From assembly GCA_964409085.1 (NCBI GenBank), contig CAYPCE010000002.1, forward strand, positions 1 through 52,136: DNA of 52,136 bases, written 5' to 3'. The translations under genes and the position numbers were made by a program. This stretch comes from an uncultured Desulfobacteraceae bacterium (lineage in GTDB: Bacteria; Desulfobacterota; Desulfobacteria; Desulfobacterales; JAABSP01). Every line of letters begins with the position of its first letter. Positions within the stretch are counted from its first letter, which is position 1. Below, in pieces: positions 17,123 to 25,257 of the stretch. The notes beneath the pieces were generated by a model. The model saw nothing but the letters and a program-made list of their open reading frames with translations. It searched no databases and was not told where the DNA came from.

Positions 17123-17481
17123 GACCGGGACGGCGCCTCCCCCCGGCCAGCCTCCTTTTCCGCTTTCGCCTTTGCTTTCAGATCTTCGACGATTTCGATC
17201 ATGAAATCGTGCATATCCTTGGCCAGGTGTCGACACTCAGGGCAGTAGACCCGTTTGACGAGTTTATCGTGGGCCTCGATCTGATGGCGGAGCCAGGGAC
17301 CGTAGGGGGAATCCTTGCAGAATTTCTTGCCGGTATGCTCGGCGATGGGGCAGCCATAGCAGACCAGCAAATAGTAGATGCGACAGGGCGGACAATCGAG
17401 GACCCCGCCATCCGTCCCTTTTCCATCGATGATGCGCTGCCATTTGGCGACAGAAGATTCCATCACCCGGATCTTGTTCAT
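17119..17481 (-). CDS. Small cysteine-rich protein (CPPC...CYGC...C...CPEC), unknown function
   Basis: 120 aa. ATG 17481 is preceded by AGGAGG with a 5-nt spacer. Seven Cys are arranged in CxxC pairs and the tail is Lys/Glu-rich and helical. Coding-like composition, in contrast to the overlapping alternative frames. Confidence 0.55.
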   Translation of the reverse strand: MNKIRVMESSVAKWQRIIDGKGTDGGVLDCPPCRIYYLLVCYGCPIAEHTGKKFCKDSPYGPWLRHQIEAHDKLVKRVYCPECRHLAKDMHDFMIEIVEDLKAKAKAEKEAGRGEAPSRS

Positions 17482-17518
17482 AAGGGCCTCCTGACTCCCA
17501 CGCGGCGGACCCCGCCGC

Positions 17519-18568
17519 TTATCTGAGGCATTTCCAGAAACTTTGGTGGACGTAGCGGCACCGGTGAAGGGCGTAATCGACCTTTCGGCGCCGGGCCCGG
17601 TCCGCGACGGTATCCGGATCGGAGACGGTTTTTCCCCCGAGTTCCGCTATGACCGCCTTGACCGAGGCCGCCAGCGCCTTCAGATGGTATCCTCCCTCCA
17701 GGGTCATCACCAGTTTTCCCGCGCAACATTCCGAGGCCATGGTCATCAGGGATCGGGTAAGGGCGGCAAAGCCCGGCGGCGTCATTTTCATTTTTCCGAG
17801 AAGATCGTCCCGGTGGGTATCGAACCCGGCCGACACCAGGATCAGATCCGGCCCGAACTCCAGGGCGATGGGCCGGAGCACCCGCTGGAACAGCGCCGCG
17901 TATTCCGCGTCTTTGTAGCCCTTTCCAATGGGCAGGTTGACGGTGCGGCCCTCCCCCGGCCCCCGGCCCACGTCCGTAAACAGCCCCGTACCGGGAAAGT
18001 GGGGGTACTGGTGGACGGAAAAAAAGAGGACCGACGGGTCCATTTCAAAGATATGCTGGGTACCGTTGCCGTGATGGACATCCCAGTCCACGATCAGGAT
18101 CCGCCGGAAACCCAGGCCGATTTTGGCATACAGTGCTCCCAGGGCCACATTGTTGAAGAGGCAAAACCCCATGGCCCGGCTCCGTTCGGCATGGTGGCCC
18201 GGAGGACGGGCCAGGCAGAAGGCGGCGTCCAGCTCGCCGGACGCCACCCGGTCGATGGCTGCGAACAGCCCGCCGGCCGACAACAGGGCGGCGGTGTAGG
18301 AACCGGCCGACACAATGGTGTCGGCCGTCAGGGCCGCCTGTTCCCCATTCGCGGTGGCGGCGACCCGGTCCAGATATTCGGGGGCGTGGGCCGTCAGGAT
18401 TTCCTCCCGTTCCGCCAACCGGGGGGCGAAAGTGATGAGCCCGCCGGCGGTGTCGGGCGCGTCGAGCATCCCGTAGACCGCCTCCAGCCGCCGGTGGACC
18501 TCCGGATGGCCTTCCGGGGTCCGGTGATCGAGATACCGGGGATCCCGAACGATGCCGACCCTAGCCAT
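17519..18568 (-). CDS. Histone deacetylase-family (class II HDAC/AcuC-like) zinc amidohydrolase
   Basis: Motifs HPE...R, RPPGHHA, DWDVHHGNGTQ, and SAGFD...D.LG...T...F are all present. 349 aa. Confidence 0.85.
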   Translation of the reverse strand: MARVGIVRDPRYLDHRTPEGHPEVHRRLEAVYGMLDAPDTAGGLITFAPRLAEREEILTAHAPEYLDRVAATANGEQAALTADTIVSAGSYTAALLSAGGLFAAIDRVASGELDAAFCLARPPGHHAERSRAMGFCLFNNVALGALYAKIGLGFRRILIVDWDVHHGNGTQHIFEMDPSVLFFSVHQYPHFPGTGLFTDVGRGPGEGRTVNLPIGKGYKDAEYAALFQRVLRPIALEFGPDLILVSAGFDTHRDDLLGKMKMTPPGFAALTRSLMTMASECCAGKLVMTLEGGYHLKALAASVKAVIAELGGKTVSDPDTVADRARRRKVDYALHRCRYVHQSFWKCLR

Positions 18569-19490
18569 GGTTTCGGTCCCCGTCGGTCCGCTCGGGGATG
18601 GCCATCACCGGACAGGGGGCGTTCCGGATCACGGTTTCGGTGGTCGATCCTTTGAGAACCCGTCCCCAGAAATGGCGGGGACGGACCCCGACGAGAACCA
18701 GATCCGCCCCCCGTTTCCGGGCACAGTGGATCAGCCCCTCTCCGGGGACCCCGGACTGCAACAGGATCGAAATGGCGCGTCGGTCGCGGATTTCAGGAGG
18801 AATCCGGGAGAGGATCTGTTGGCGTCGCTTTTTCATCAGGGCCGCTTCGGTTTCGGCATAGTGCCCCCGGCGGCCGGTGTCCGAAAGGTCGCCATCATCC
18901 GGGGATTCCATGGCATGAAAGAGATCCAATTCGGCCCCGAACAGATCCGCATAGGAAATGGCGTGGTCGAGGACCCGGTCCGAAAAGTGGCCCCCGGCGC
19001 TGCATGCAGCGGCAATCCGGGAGACCCGCAAGGCGCCGTCCGCGGAAAGCCGCACCCCATAGGGCGGAATCATCAGCATCGCACACGCCTGGGTCCGGAT
19101 CATCCGTTCCACCACGGCCCCGTGCAGGAGCCGCTGTACCCCCCCCATGCCGTACCCCGCGGCAATCACCAGGTCGGCGTCGGTCTTGCCGGCCGCCGCC
19201 AACAGGGCCTCCACCGGATCGCCGAATGCGATGAACGGTGTGTAAGAAACGTCCAGGCCCGACATCAGGGCATCGATGGCCTCGGTCGCATGCCGGGCCT
19301 GCCGTTCCTGGTACCGGCCCCGCTCGGCAACAGGTGTGCCGTAGACTTGGCTGCTGGGCGTGCAGACGGTGTGAAAAACGTGCAGGCGACTGCCGAAACG
19401 CCGGCTCAGATCAGCCCCGATCCGGGCTGCCCCGGCGGAGTGGGTGGAAAAATCAACGGCGCATAGGATGTTTTTAGGCGGGATGTTCAC
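18561..19490 (-). CDS. Universal stress protein, tandem UspA domains
   Basis: Two Usp-like halves (ILCAVDFS...; second half ends ...GSTTETVIRNAPCPVM). The GTG start is preceded by AAGGAG with a 6-nt spacer. The 3' end overlaps the HDAC-like start by 8 nt. Confidence 0.8.
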   Translation of the reverse strand: MNIPPKNILCAVDFSTHSAGAARIGADLSRRFGSRLHVFHTVCTPSSQVYGTPVAERGRYQERQARHATEAIDALMSGLDVSYTPFIAFGDPVEALLAAAGKTDADLVIAAGYGMGGVQRLLHGAVVERMIRTQACAMLMIPPYGVRLSADGALRVSRIAAACSAGGHFSDRVLDHAISYADLFGAELDLFHAMESPDDGDLSDTGRRGHYAETEAALMKKRRQQILSRIPPEIRDRRAISILLQSGVPGEGLIHCARKRGADLVLVGVRPRHFWGRVLKGSTTETVIRNAPCPVMAIPERTDGDRNHG

Positions 19491-19501
19491 ATAGAACTCC
19501 T

Positions 19502-19867
19502 TCAGATCCCCTCACACTTTTCAGATCCACCGGTCGCCGTTTCTTTGCCAAAACCTACCCGACGCCGGCCACGCTTTGCAGCGCCCGGATCGCGTCCTTG
19601 ATTTCCACCGTGGTGCCGTTTCCGTCGATGTCCAGTGTTGCGGATGCGTGGGTGAAAGAGGGAATGGCGAGGATGAGCAGCAGGAGTGAAATAATGAAGC
19701 GCCGCCGCGACTTGCTCGAAATTAAGCTCAGGATACTTATGGAGCACGCTTTCAATAGAACCCGATTCAGCCAACTGATCGATAACGACGGTAACGGGAA
19801 TTCGCGTCCCTTTAATGACAGGTTTCCCATTGCATGTTCTTGGATTGACTGTAATATGCTCATTCAT
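19502..19867 (-). CDS. DUF433 domain protein (antitoxin-like HTH) with an abnormal ~50-aa basic C-terminal extension
   Basis: The N-terminal ~60 aa (ITVNPRTCNGKPVIKGTRIPVTVVIDQLAESGSIESVLHKYPELNFEQVAAALHYF) match the DUF433 pattern. The remainder (HPRHSLFHPRIRNTGHRRKRHHGG...) looks non-native, and a different frame carries better-looking coding sequence there (see findings). Confidence 0.6.
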   Translation of the reverse strand: MNEHITVNPRTCNGKPVIKGTRIPVTVVIDQLAESGSIESVLHKYPELNFEQVAAALHYFTPAAHPRHSLFHPRIRNTGHRRKRHHGGNQGRDPGAAKRGRRRVGFGKETATGGSEKCEGI

Positions 19868-19891
19868 TTTGTTGCCCTTTTGTCTTGATGA

Positions 19892-21481
19892 TTACCACCC
19901 AATGGCGATGGTCGAGACCTCAACCCCCTCAATGGTTTCCACGCCGGACAGTTTTTCAAGCACATTGTCGTCCACCACCGGAATAAAAAGAGCCAAAACG
20001 ACGGCGGACAGCCCCATTTTCCGGGCATAACCTGCCGCCTGCATTCTGGCGGATTGAGCCATTGCACGGCTCTTAAAGCTTTTCACCTCAATGACCCCCT
20101 GCTTGTCCCCGCACCGCAGGTGCAAATCGACTTTTCCATTGCCAGTGGGGAATTCGGGGCTGACCACGCACTGATCCTCCACCGCCTCTTTGAGCCAGGC
20201 ATAGAGATGAAAATGGCCCACGGCCTCGGTCAAATGAAGATCGGCCCGGCGGGGCTGGTCTTTCCAGGGATTCAGGCCTTTGGCCTTTAGCCGCTTCAAA
20301 TAATCCTTGTACCGGGTCAACAGGGCGGGAAGGTCAAGTTCGGGCCCTGAAAAAACGTCCGACAGGTCGTCCAAGGGAGAGAGGGCGAGTATGGGCAGAC
20401 GCTCTCCTACAAGATCATCGGTCAGGGCGTTAAAAAGGCGTTCCTGGATGAAAGGAGCCGAAAATCGGCAAACTTCCAGGGGATCGCCTTCTGGATTCAA
20501 CACCGTCTCCGGCGCGATGACGCCGTTCTGATATAAATAGGCACACCAGTCGCGATCAAAGGAAAACGACATGTCCGACCGGGAGAACAATTCAACGACC
20601 CGACCGCGATAGGGTCCCCTGGCTTTCCGGATCAGATTTAATATGGTATTGTTGGGCTCCACGAACAGAGCTTTATGGTGGGCCCATTGCAAAGCCTCGG
20701 CGTCGATGGGCTTTCCGGTGCCGGGATTGTAGGTCTCGGTCAGCAATTCCCCGAACCAGCAAACCAAACCAGGCTGACCCCGGGTGGCGTCATGGACCTT
20801 TTCAACCATGTCAGGTTCTACGAGCTGCCCGCTTTCGTTTTGATACTGATCAAACAGATCCCTCACTTCCTCCCGGTCAAAATTGGGCACCCGAAGAGAC
20901 CGCTGGACGTTAAACGGCGATCCCCGACGGCTGTCAACGCCCAAAACCGCCCGCACGCCCACCAAGGCCAGCCCGTGGAGCCAATTGCGCTCCCGGTCCA
21001 GATAAAGCTCCCGGAACTGGGCGACCATCAAATCCAACACCTCCGGGGCGAGGGTGTCCACCTCGTCGATCAGCAGGATCAGGGGCCGGTCCCACATGCC
21101 GATTTGTTCTTTTTTTGAAAATAGACGGCGAAAATCGATCCATGACGCGATGCCCGGCGATTTCGGGAGTACTTCCCGCATCAATTCCCGGAAATCAAAA
21201 GGCGGTTCCGACAAGTTGTCGTTGACGCGCATTTCGCGGAGTCCGCCCAGGGACAATTGAAACAGCGCAAATCGGTCTTCATACCGGCGTCGAATAGTTT
21301 CCATGGATCGCCGCATCAACCAGGTCTTGCCGTTTTGCCTCGGCGCCCATATCGTGAAATAGTGGCCGCCTTTTTCGACATTGCCGACGAGCCGCCGGAC
21401 GCACCCATCGACGAGGTCGGTTCTGGGGACGCAGAAATGTTCCTCGCAATCCACGGGCCCGTAGGAATGAAATCGGCGCAT
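19892..21481 (-). CDS. AAA-ATPase-like protein with a C-terminal PD-(D/E)XK nuclease domain (AAA-ATPase_like + PDDEXK_9 architecture)
   Basis: Start re-placed at MRRFHSYGPVD (ATG 21481, AAGGAA with an 8-nt spacer). Walker A APRQNGKT, Walker B LLIDEVD. The C-terminus has GNGKVDLHL...GVIEVK (a D...ExK nuclease motif). Confidence 0.7.
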   Translation of the reverse strand: MRRFHSYGPVDCEEHFCVPRTDLVDGCVRRLVGNVEKGGHYFTIWAPRQNGKTWLMRRSMETIRRRYEDRFALFQLSLGGLREMRVNDNLSEPPFDFRELMREVLPKSPGIASWIDFRRLFSKKEQIGMWDRPLILLIDEVDTLAPEVLDLMVAQFRELYLDRERNWLHGLALVGVRAVLGVDSRRGSPFNVQRSLRVPNFDREEVRDLFDQYQNESGQLVEPDMVEKVHDATRGQPGLVCWFGELLTETYNPGTGKPIDAEALQWAHHKALFVEPNNTILNLIRKARGPYRGRVVELFSRSDMSFSFDRDWCAYLYQNGVIAPETVLNPEGDPLEVCRFSAPFIQERLFNALTDDLVGERLPILALSPLDDLSDVFSGPELDLPALLTRYKDYLKRLKAKGLNPWKDQPRRADLHLTEAVGHFHLYAWLKEAVEDQCVVSPEFPTGNGKVDLHLRCGDKQGVIEVKSFKSRAMAQSARMQAAGYARKMGLSAVVLALFIPVVDDNVLEKLSGVETIEGVEVSTIAIGW

Positions 21482-21506
21482 GATGGGTTTTCCTTGAACT
21501 ATAGAA

Positions 21507-21743
21507 CTATAGCCTGTCGTATTCTTCAGGATCGGTTTCAGCCACTTTCGCCATGGCTGCTTCGAACTTATCACGGCTACCGCGTTCGGCTCTTTTGGCG
21601 ATATATTCCTCGGTCAATAGGGCCGACACTTTTTCAGTCAGTGCCAGCGTGATCAACTGGTTAATGGAGACGCTCTCTTTTTCAGCCAGTTCACGAACCT
21701 GCTGATGGAGAGAATCGGGCAGCCGCAGGCTGATGGTACTCAT
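21507..21743 (-). CDS. Ribbon-helix-helix antitoxin (HicB-family/CopG-like) of a type II TA pair
   Basis: MSTISLRLPDSLHQQVRELAEKESVSINQLITLALTEKVSAL... is a classical RHH N-terminus. ATG 21743 overlaps the PIN stop (ATGA). The upstream 36 codons of the listed ORF were discarded. Confidence 0.75.
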   Translation of the reverse strand: MSTISLRLPDSLHQQVRELAEKESVSINQLITLALTEKVSALLTEEYIAKRAERGSRDKFEAAMAKVAETDPEEYDRL

Positions 21744-22168
21744 GGCAGTTCTCCTATGGCTTGAAGGAATTCCTTCGCCGACATCAATGGTATTCCAAAT
21801 TTCTCTGCGCCTTGAAAATCCTTCTTGTTGTATGTCACGATAGCGTCGCATCCGCCCGATACCGCCAATTCCAGGACCATATCATCTTTGGGGTCTTTCA
21901 GGCAGGGACGCCACAGGTAGAATATTTTCAACGGAGTGGCCACTGAGCAGATATAATCGAGAATGTCGTCGATGTCCTGTATTGTCAAATGGATATCTTC
22001 GACAAGCCTTTTGGCCGCCGCCTCATATTCCGTGACGAGTGGAACGGAAAGCACGGCGTCGATCTTCCCACAGCCAAGAAGCATCACCAATTGATAAGAT
22101 GCCCCGCATTGGGAACGTAAGGATGCAATCAGTACATTGGTATCAATGACGATCCTTGGCGGTCTCAT
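21740..22168 (-). CDS. PIN-domain toxin (PIN_3/TIGR00305-like)
   Basis: MRPPRIVIDTNVLIASL... (first acidic PIN residue in DTNV). Later conserved acidic positions (D.D..LE.A, VT.N..DF). 142 aa. Translationally coupled to the downstream RHH gene. Confidence 0.75.
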   Translation of the reverse strand: MRPPRIVIDTNVLIASLRSQCGASYQLVMLLGCGKIDAVLSVPLVTEYEAAAKRLVEDIHLTIQDIDDILDYICSVATPLKIFYLWRPCLKDPKDDMVLELAVSGGCDAIVTYNKKDFQGAEKFGIPLMSAKEFLQAIGELP

Positions 22169-22174
22169 ATCGGT

Positions 22175-22204
22175 ATCATATACAATACCAAATTCGGTTG
22201 TCAA
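22175..22204 (-). promoter_or_regulatory. Candidate sigma70 promoter for the PIN-RHH pair, positioned to give a leaderless mRNA
   Basis: On the minus strand: TTGACA (22204-22199), an 18-nt spacer, TATGAT (22180-22175), then 6 nt and the PIN ATG (22168). No Shine-Dalgarno sequence is visible upstream of that ATG. Confidence 0.4.
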
Positions 22205-22253
22205 TACAAAACTCAACAAAACTCACTTTTAAATCTGAAGATCAAACAAAAAT

Positions 22254-22290
22254 AAAAAAACCCGGCGGCACAGGGCCGACCGGGTTTTTT
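22254..22290 (-). terminator. Rho-independent terminator downstream of the EF-G paralogue
   Basis: GC-rich hairpin CCCGGCGG-CACAGGG-CCG(A)CCGGG at 22261-22284, flanked by an A-run (22254-22260) and a T-run (22285-22290). On the minus strand the stem is followed by T7. It sits 30 nt after the EF-G stop. Confidence 0.8.
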
Positions 22291-22320
22291 ACTTTTCCAG
22301 TCGCCATTTCGGCGCAGCGG

Positions 22321-24384
22321 CTATTCTTTTTCTTTTTTCGCCGATTCGATCACCTTGTCGGCCATCTGGGCCGGGAGTTCGTCGTAGTGGGAAAACTCCA
22401 GGGTGAACATGCCGCGGCCGCCGGTCATGGAGCGGAGATCCGGGGCGTAGGTGAGAAATTCGGACATGGGCACGTTGGCGGTGATGATCTGGTTTTTGCC
22501 CTTGCTGTCCATGCCGAGCACCCGTCCGCGGCGGCCATTGAGGTCGCCCATGATGTCGCCGGTGAAATCGTCGGGGGTAGTGACGGTGATCTTCATGATG
22601 GGCTCCAGCAAGACGGGGTCGGCCTGTTCGGCCGCTTTTTTGAAGGCCAGGGAGCCGGCCACCTTGAAGGCCATTTCCGAGGAATCTACCGAGTGGTAGG
22701 ACCCGTCGTCCACGGTCACTTTGAAATCGACCACCGGATAGCCGGCCAGGATGCCCCGCTCGGCCGCCTCGACCACCCCCTTTTCCACCGCCGGGATGTA
22801 CCCTTTGGGGATCGCGCCGCCCACGATGGCATCGACAAACTCGAACCCCGCACCGCGCTCCTGTGGTTCCAGGACGATCCAGCAGTCGCCGAACTGGCCG
22901 TGGCCGCCGGTCTGTTTCTTGTGTTTGCCCTGAACCCGGATCTTCTTCTTGATGGTCTCCTTGTAGGGCACTTTGGGAATTTTCAGCTCCACTTCGACGC
23001 CGAACTTCCGCTTGGCTTTTTCGCAGACGGCCTCTATGTGGACCTGTCCCATGCCCGAGAGCAGAATCTCCTTGGTCTCGGTGTTCCGGGTCAGTTTCAG
23101 GGCCGGATCTTCCTCCATGATCTTGGCCAGGGATTGGAAGACCTTGTCCTCCTCCCCCTTCTCCTTGGCCGACACGGCATAGGAGATGACCGGAGGAAGG
23201 GATTCGGCGCAGTCGTACCGGATCTTGGCGGATGCATCGCAGAGGGTGTCGCCGGTTCGGGTTTCCTTGAGCTTGGACACGGCCACGATGTCGCCGGGTC
23301 CCGCCTCCTTGACCGGTTTCTGCTCCTTGCCCGCGATGCGCAGCAGGGCGGAATAGCGCTCTTTGGTCTCCTTGTTGACATTGTACAGGTTGCCGTCCCC
23401 GCTGATTTTGCCGGAGACCACCCGGAAGATGGAGAGCTGGCCGGCGTAAGGGTCGGCCACGGTTTTGAACACAAAAGCGGAAAAGGCGGCGTCCGGATCA
23501 GGCGCCCGCTCGATCTCCTCCCCGCTGGACGGATCGACCCCGACCCTGGGACCCCGATCAGCCGGCGACGGCATGCAGCCGACAATGAAATCCATCATCG
23601 GCTCGACGCCGATGGTTTTAGTGGCGGCCCCGCAGACCACGGGAGCAAAGGCCCGGTTGAGAATGCCTTTACGGAGGGCGGCTTTGAATTCGTCTTCCGA
23701 AATTTCCTCCCCTTCCAGATACCGCTCCAGCAGCGCGTCGTCGGCTTCGGCGACGTTTTCCATCAGGGTTTCCCGCTCGCTATCCGCTTTTTCCTTCAGA
23801 TCGCCGGGGATATCGCCGATGGAGACCTTGCCGTCTTCATCGTAGGTAAAGGCCTTCATGGACAGCAGGTCCACGACGCCCTTGAAATCCGCTTCCGCCC
23901 CGATGGGAAACTGGGTCAGAATCGGTTTGGGGTCGAGGACCTCGGCGGCGTCCTGGAAGGTGCGGTCGAAATCGGCCCGCTCCCGGTCCAGTTTATTAAT
24001 AAAGATCAGGCAGGGCTGATTGAACTCGCTGGCGAACTCCCATCCCTGCTCGGTTTGCACCTTGACCCCGTCGATAGCATCTAGGAGGATCGCCACCCCG
24101 TCGGCCGCCTGCATGCTGGTTCGGGTGTCGGAAAAGAAGTTCTGGTCTCCGGGGGTGTCGATCAGGTTGATGGCGTGCTTCTTCCACTCCACCTGATGAA
24201 AGGCGCTGCTGATGGTGATGCCGCGCTTGAGTTCCTCCGGCTCATAGTCCATGGCGGTGTTGCCATCCTCGATGCGGCCCAACCGTTTGGTTACGCCCGC
24301 CTTGAACAGCATCGCCTCGGCCAGAGAGGTCTTTCCGGAGTCGCCATGACCCACCAGGGCTATGTTCCTTAATTTGTCCACCAT
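22321..24384 (-). CDS. Elongation factor G paralogue (EF-G II-like translational GTPase)
   Basis: G1 GHGDSGKTS, TAMDYEPEE.KRGITI, DTPGDQNF, NKLD, and EF-G domains II-V through to the C-terminus. Start placed at ATG 24384 (MVDKLRNIALVGH); alternative GTG 24420. Confidence 0.85.
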   Translation of the reverse strand: MVDKLRNIALVGHGDSGKTSLAEAMLFKAGVTKRLGRIEDGNTAMDYEPEELKRGITISSAFHQVEWKKHAINLIDTPGDQNFFSDTRTSMQAADGVAILLDAIDGVKVQTEQGWEFASEFNQPCLIFINKLDRERADFDRTFQDAAEVLDPKPILTQFPIGAEADFKGVVDLLSMKAFTYDEDGKVSIGDIPGDLKEKADSERETLMENVAEADDALLERYLEGEEISEDEFKAALRKGILNRAFAPVVCGAATKTIGVEPMMDFIVGCMPSPADRGPRVGVDPSSGEEIERAPDPDAAFSAFVFKTVADPYAGQLSIFRVVSGKISGDGNLYNVNKETKERYSALLRIAGKEQKPVKEAGPGDIVAVSKLKETRTGDTLCDASAKIRYDCAESLPPVISYAVSAKEKGEEDKVFQSLAKIMEEDPALKLTRNTETKEILLSGMGQVHIEAVCEKAKRKFGVEVELKIPKVPYKETIKKKIRVQGKHKKQTGGHGQFGDCWIVLEPQERGAGFEFVDAIVGGAIPKGYIPAVEKGVVEAAERGILAGYPVVDFKVTVDDGSYHSVDSSEMAFKVAGSLAFKKAAEQADPVLLEPIMKITVTTPDDFTGDIMGDLNGRRGRVLGMDSKGKNQIITANVPMSEFLTYAPDLRSMTGGRGMFTLEFSHYDELPAQMADKVIESAKKEKE

Positions 24385-24522
24385 TTCCGTCTTTAACTCC
24401 TCTCTCTTGAATTTTTGCACGCTGAAACGCTTAGCGTTAAAATAGATATACTTATCGATTCACTGAAAAAAAATCAAGCGCAAAATCCCATTCATTTTCC
24501 GAGGCGCCGGATGCAAAAGCCG

Positions 24523-25257
24523 TCAGATTTTCAAATGGATGAGAAACTCCCGGTTGCCCTTGGGTCCGAGGATGGGGGATGGGATGGCGCCGCGGGGCCG
24601 GAGTCCGGCGGCCGTGAAGAAATGCTTCAGATCGTCGATCACCGCCGCATGCTGGTCCGGGTCTTTGACCACGCCGCCCTTCCCCACCCGACCCTTTCCT
24701 ACCTCGAACTGGGGTTTGATGAGCGCGATCATGTCGGCCCCGGGCCGCGTGAAAGAAAGGGCCGGCGGTGCCGCGATTTTAAGGGAGATGAAAGACACAT
24801 CGATGACCACCAGATCCACCGGCTCGGGGACGGCGTCGGCGGTCATGTGCCGGATATTGGTCCGTTCGATGACCGTCACCCGGCGGTCCTGCCGCAGCGC
24901 CCAGGCCAGTTGGCCGTAGCCCACGTCCACGGCATAGACCCGGGCCGCTCCCTTCTGGAGCAGGCAGTCGGTGAACCCGCCGGTGGAGGCCCCCACGTCG
25001 AGGCAGACCCGCCCTGAAACATCGATGGGAAACGCCGCCAGGGCCGCTTCCAGCTTCAGTCCTCCCCGGCTCACATAGGGGATGTCCTCGCCCCTGAGCA
25101 GGATGGCGTCGTCTGCGGACACCATGGCCCCGGCCTTGTCCACCGGCTGGTCGTTGACCAGTACCTTCCCGGCCATGATCAGGGACCGGGCCCGTTCCCG
25201 GCTTTCGGCCACCCCTTTCTGGACCAGGGCCCGATCGAGCCGCTGTTTACCGGCCAC
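24523..25257 (-). CDS. tlyA: TlyA-family 16S/23S rRNA (cytidine-2'-O)-methyltransferase (S4 domain plus FtsJ-like methyltransferase)
   Basis: Only the C-terminal 244 aa of the 573-aa listed ORF are protein-like: KQRLDRALV...LIMAGKVLVN (S4 domain), then DVGASTGGFTDCLLQKGA (SAM motif). GTG 25257 overlaps the dxs stop (TAGTG). Confidence 0.8.
   Translation of the reverse strand: MAGKQRLDRALVQKGVAESRERARSLIMAGKVLVNDQPVDKAGAMVSADDAILLRGEDIPYVSRGGLKLEAALAAFPIDVSGRVCLDVGASTGGFTDCLLQKGAARVYAVDVGYGQLAWALRQDRRVTVIERTNIRHMTADAVPEPVDLVVIDVSFISLKIAAPPALSFTRPGADMIALIKPQFEVGKGRVGKGGVVKDPDQHAAVIDDLKHFFTAAGLRPRGAIPSPILGPKGNREFLIHLKI

Noticed and set aside
19501-22243. Possible att-like direct repeats flanking the AT-rich islet (CTCACACTTTTCAGATC near 19511-19527 vs CTCACTTTTAAATC near 22221-22234), plus local short repeats (TTCAGATCC x2 at 19501-19528; CAAAACTCA x2 near 22206-22225).
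   Set aside because: The match is short, gapped and AT-rich, so it could easily arise by chance. No integrase or tRNA target is present. I would not call island boundaries from this.
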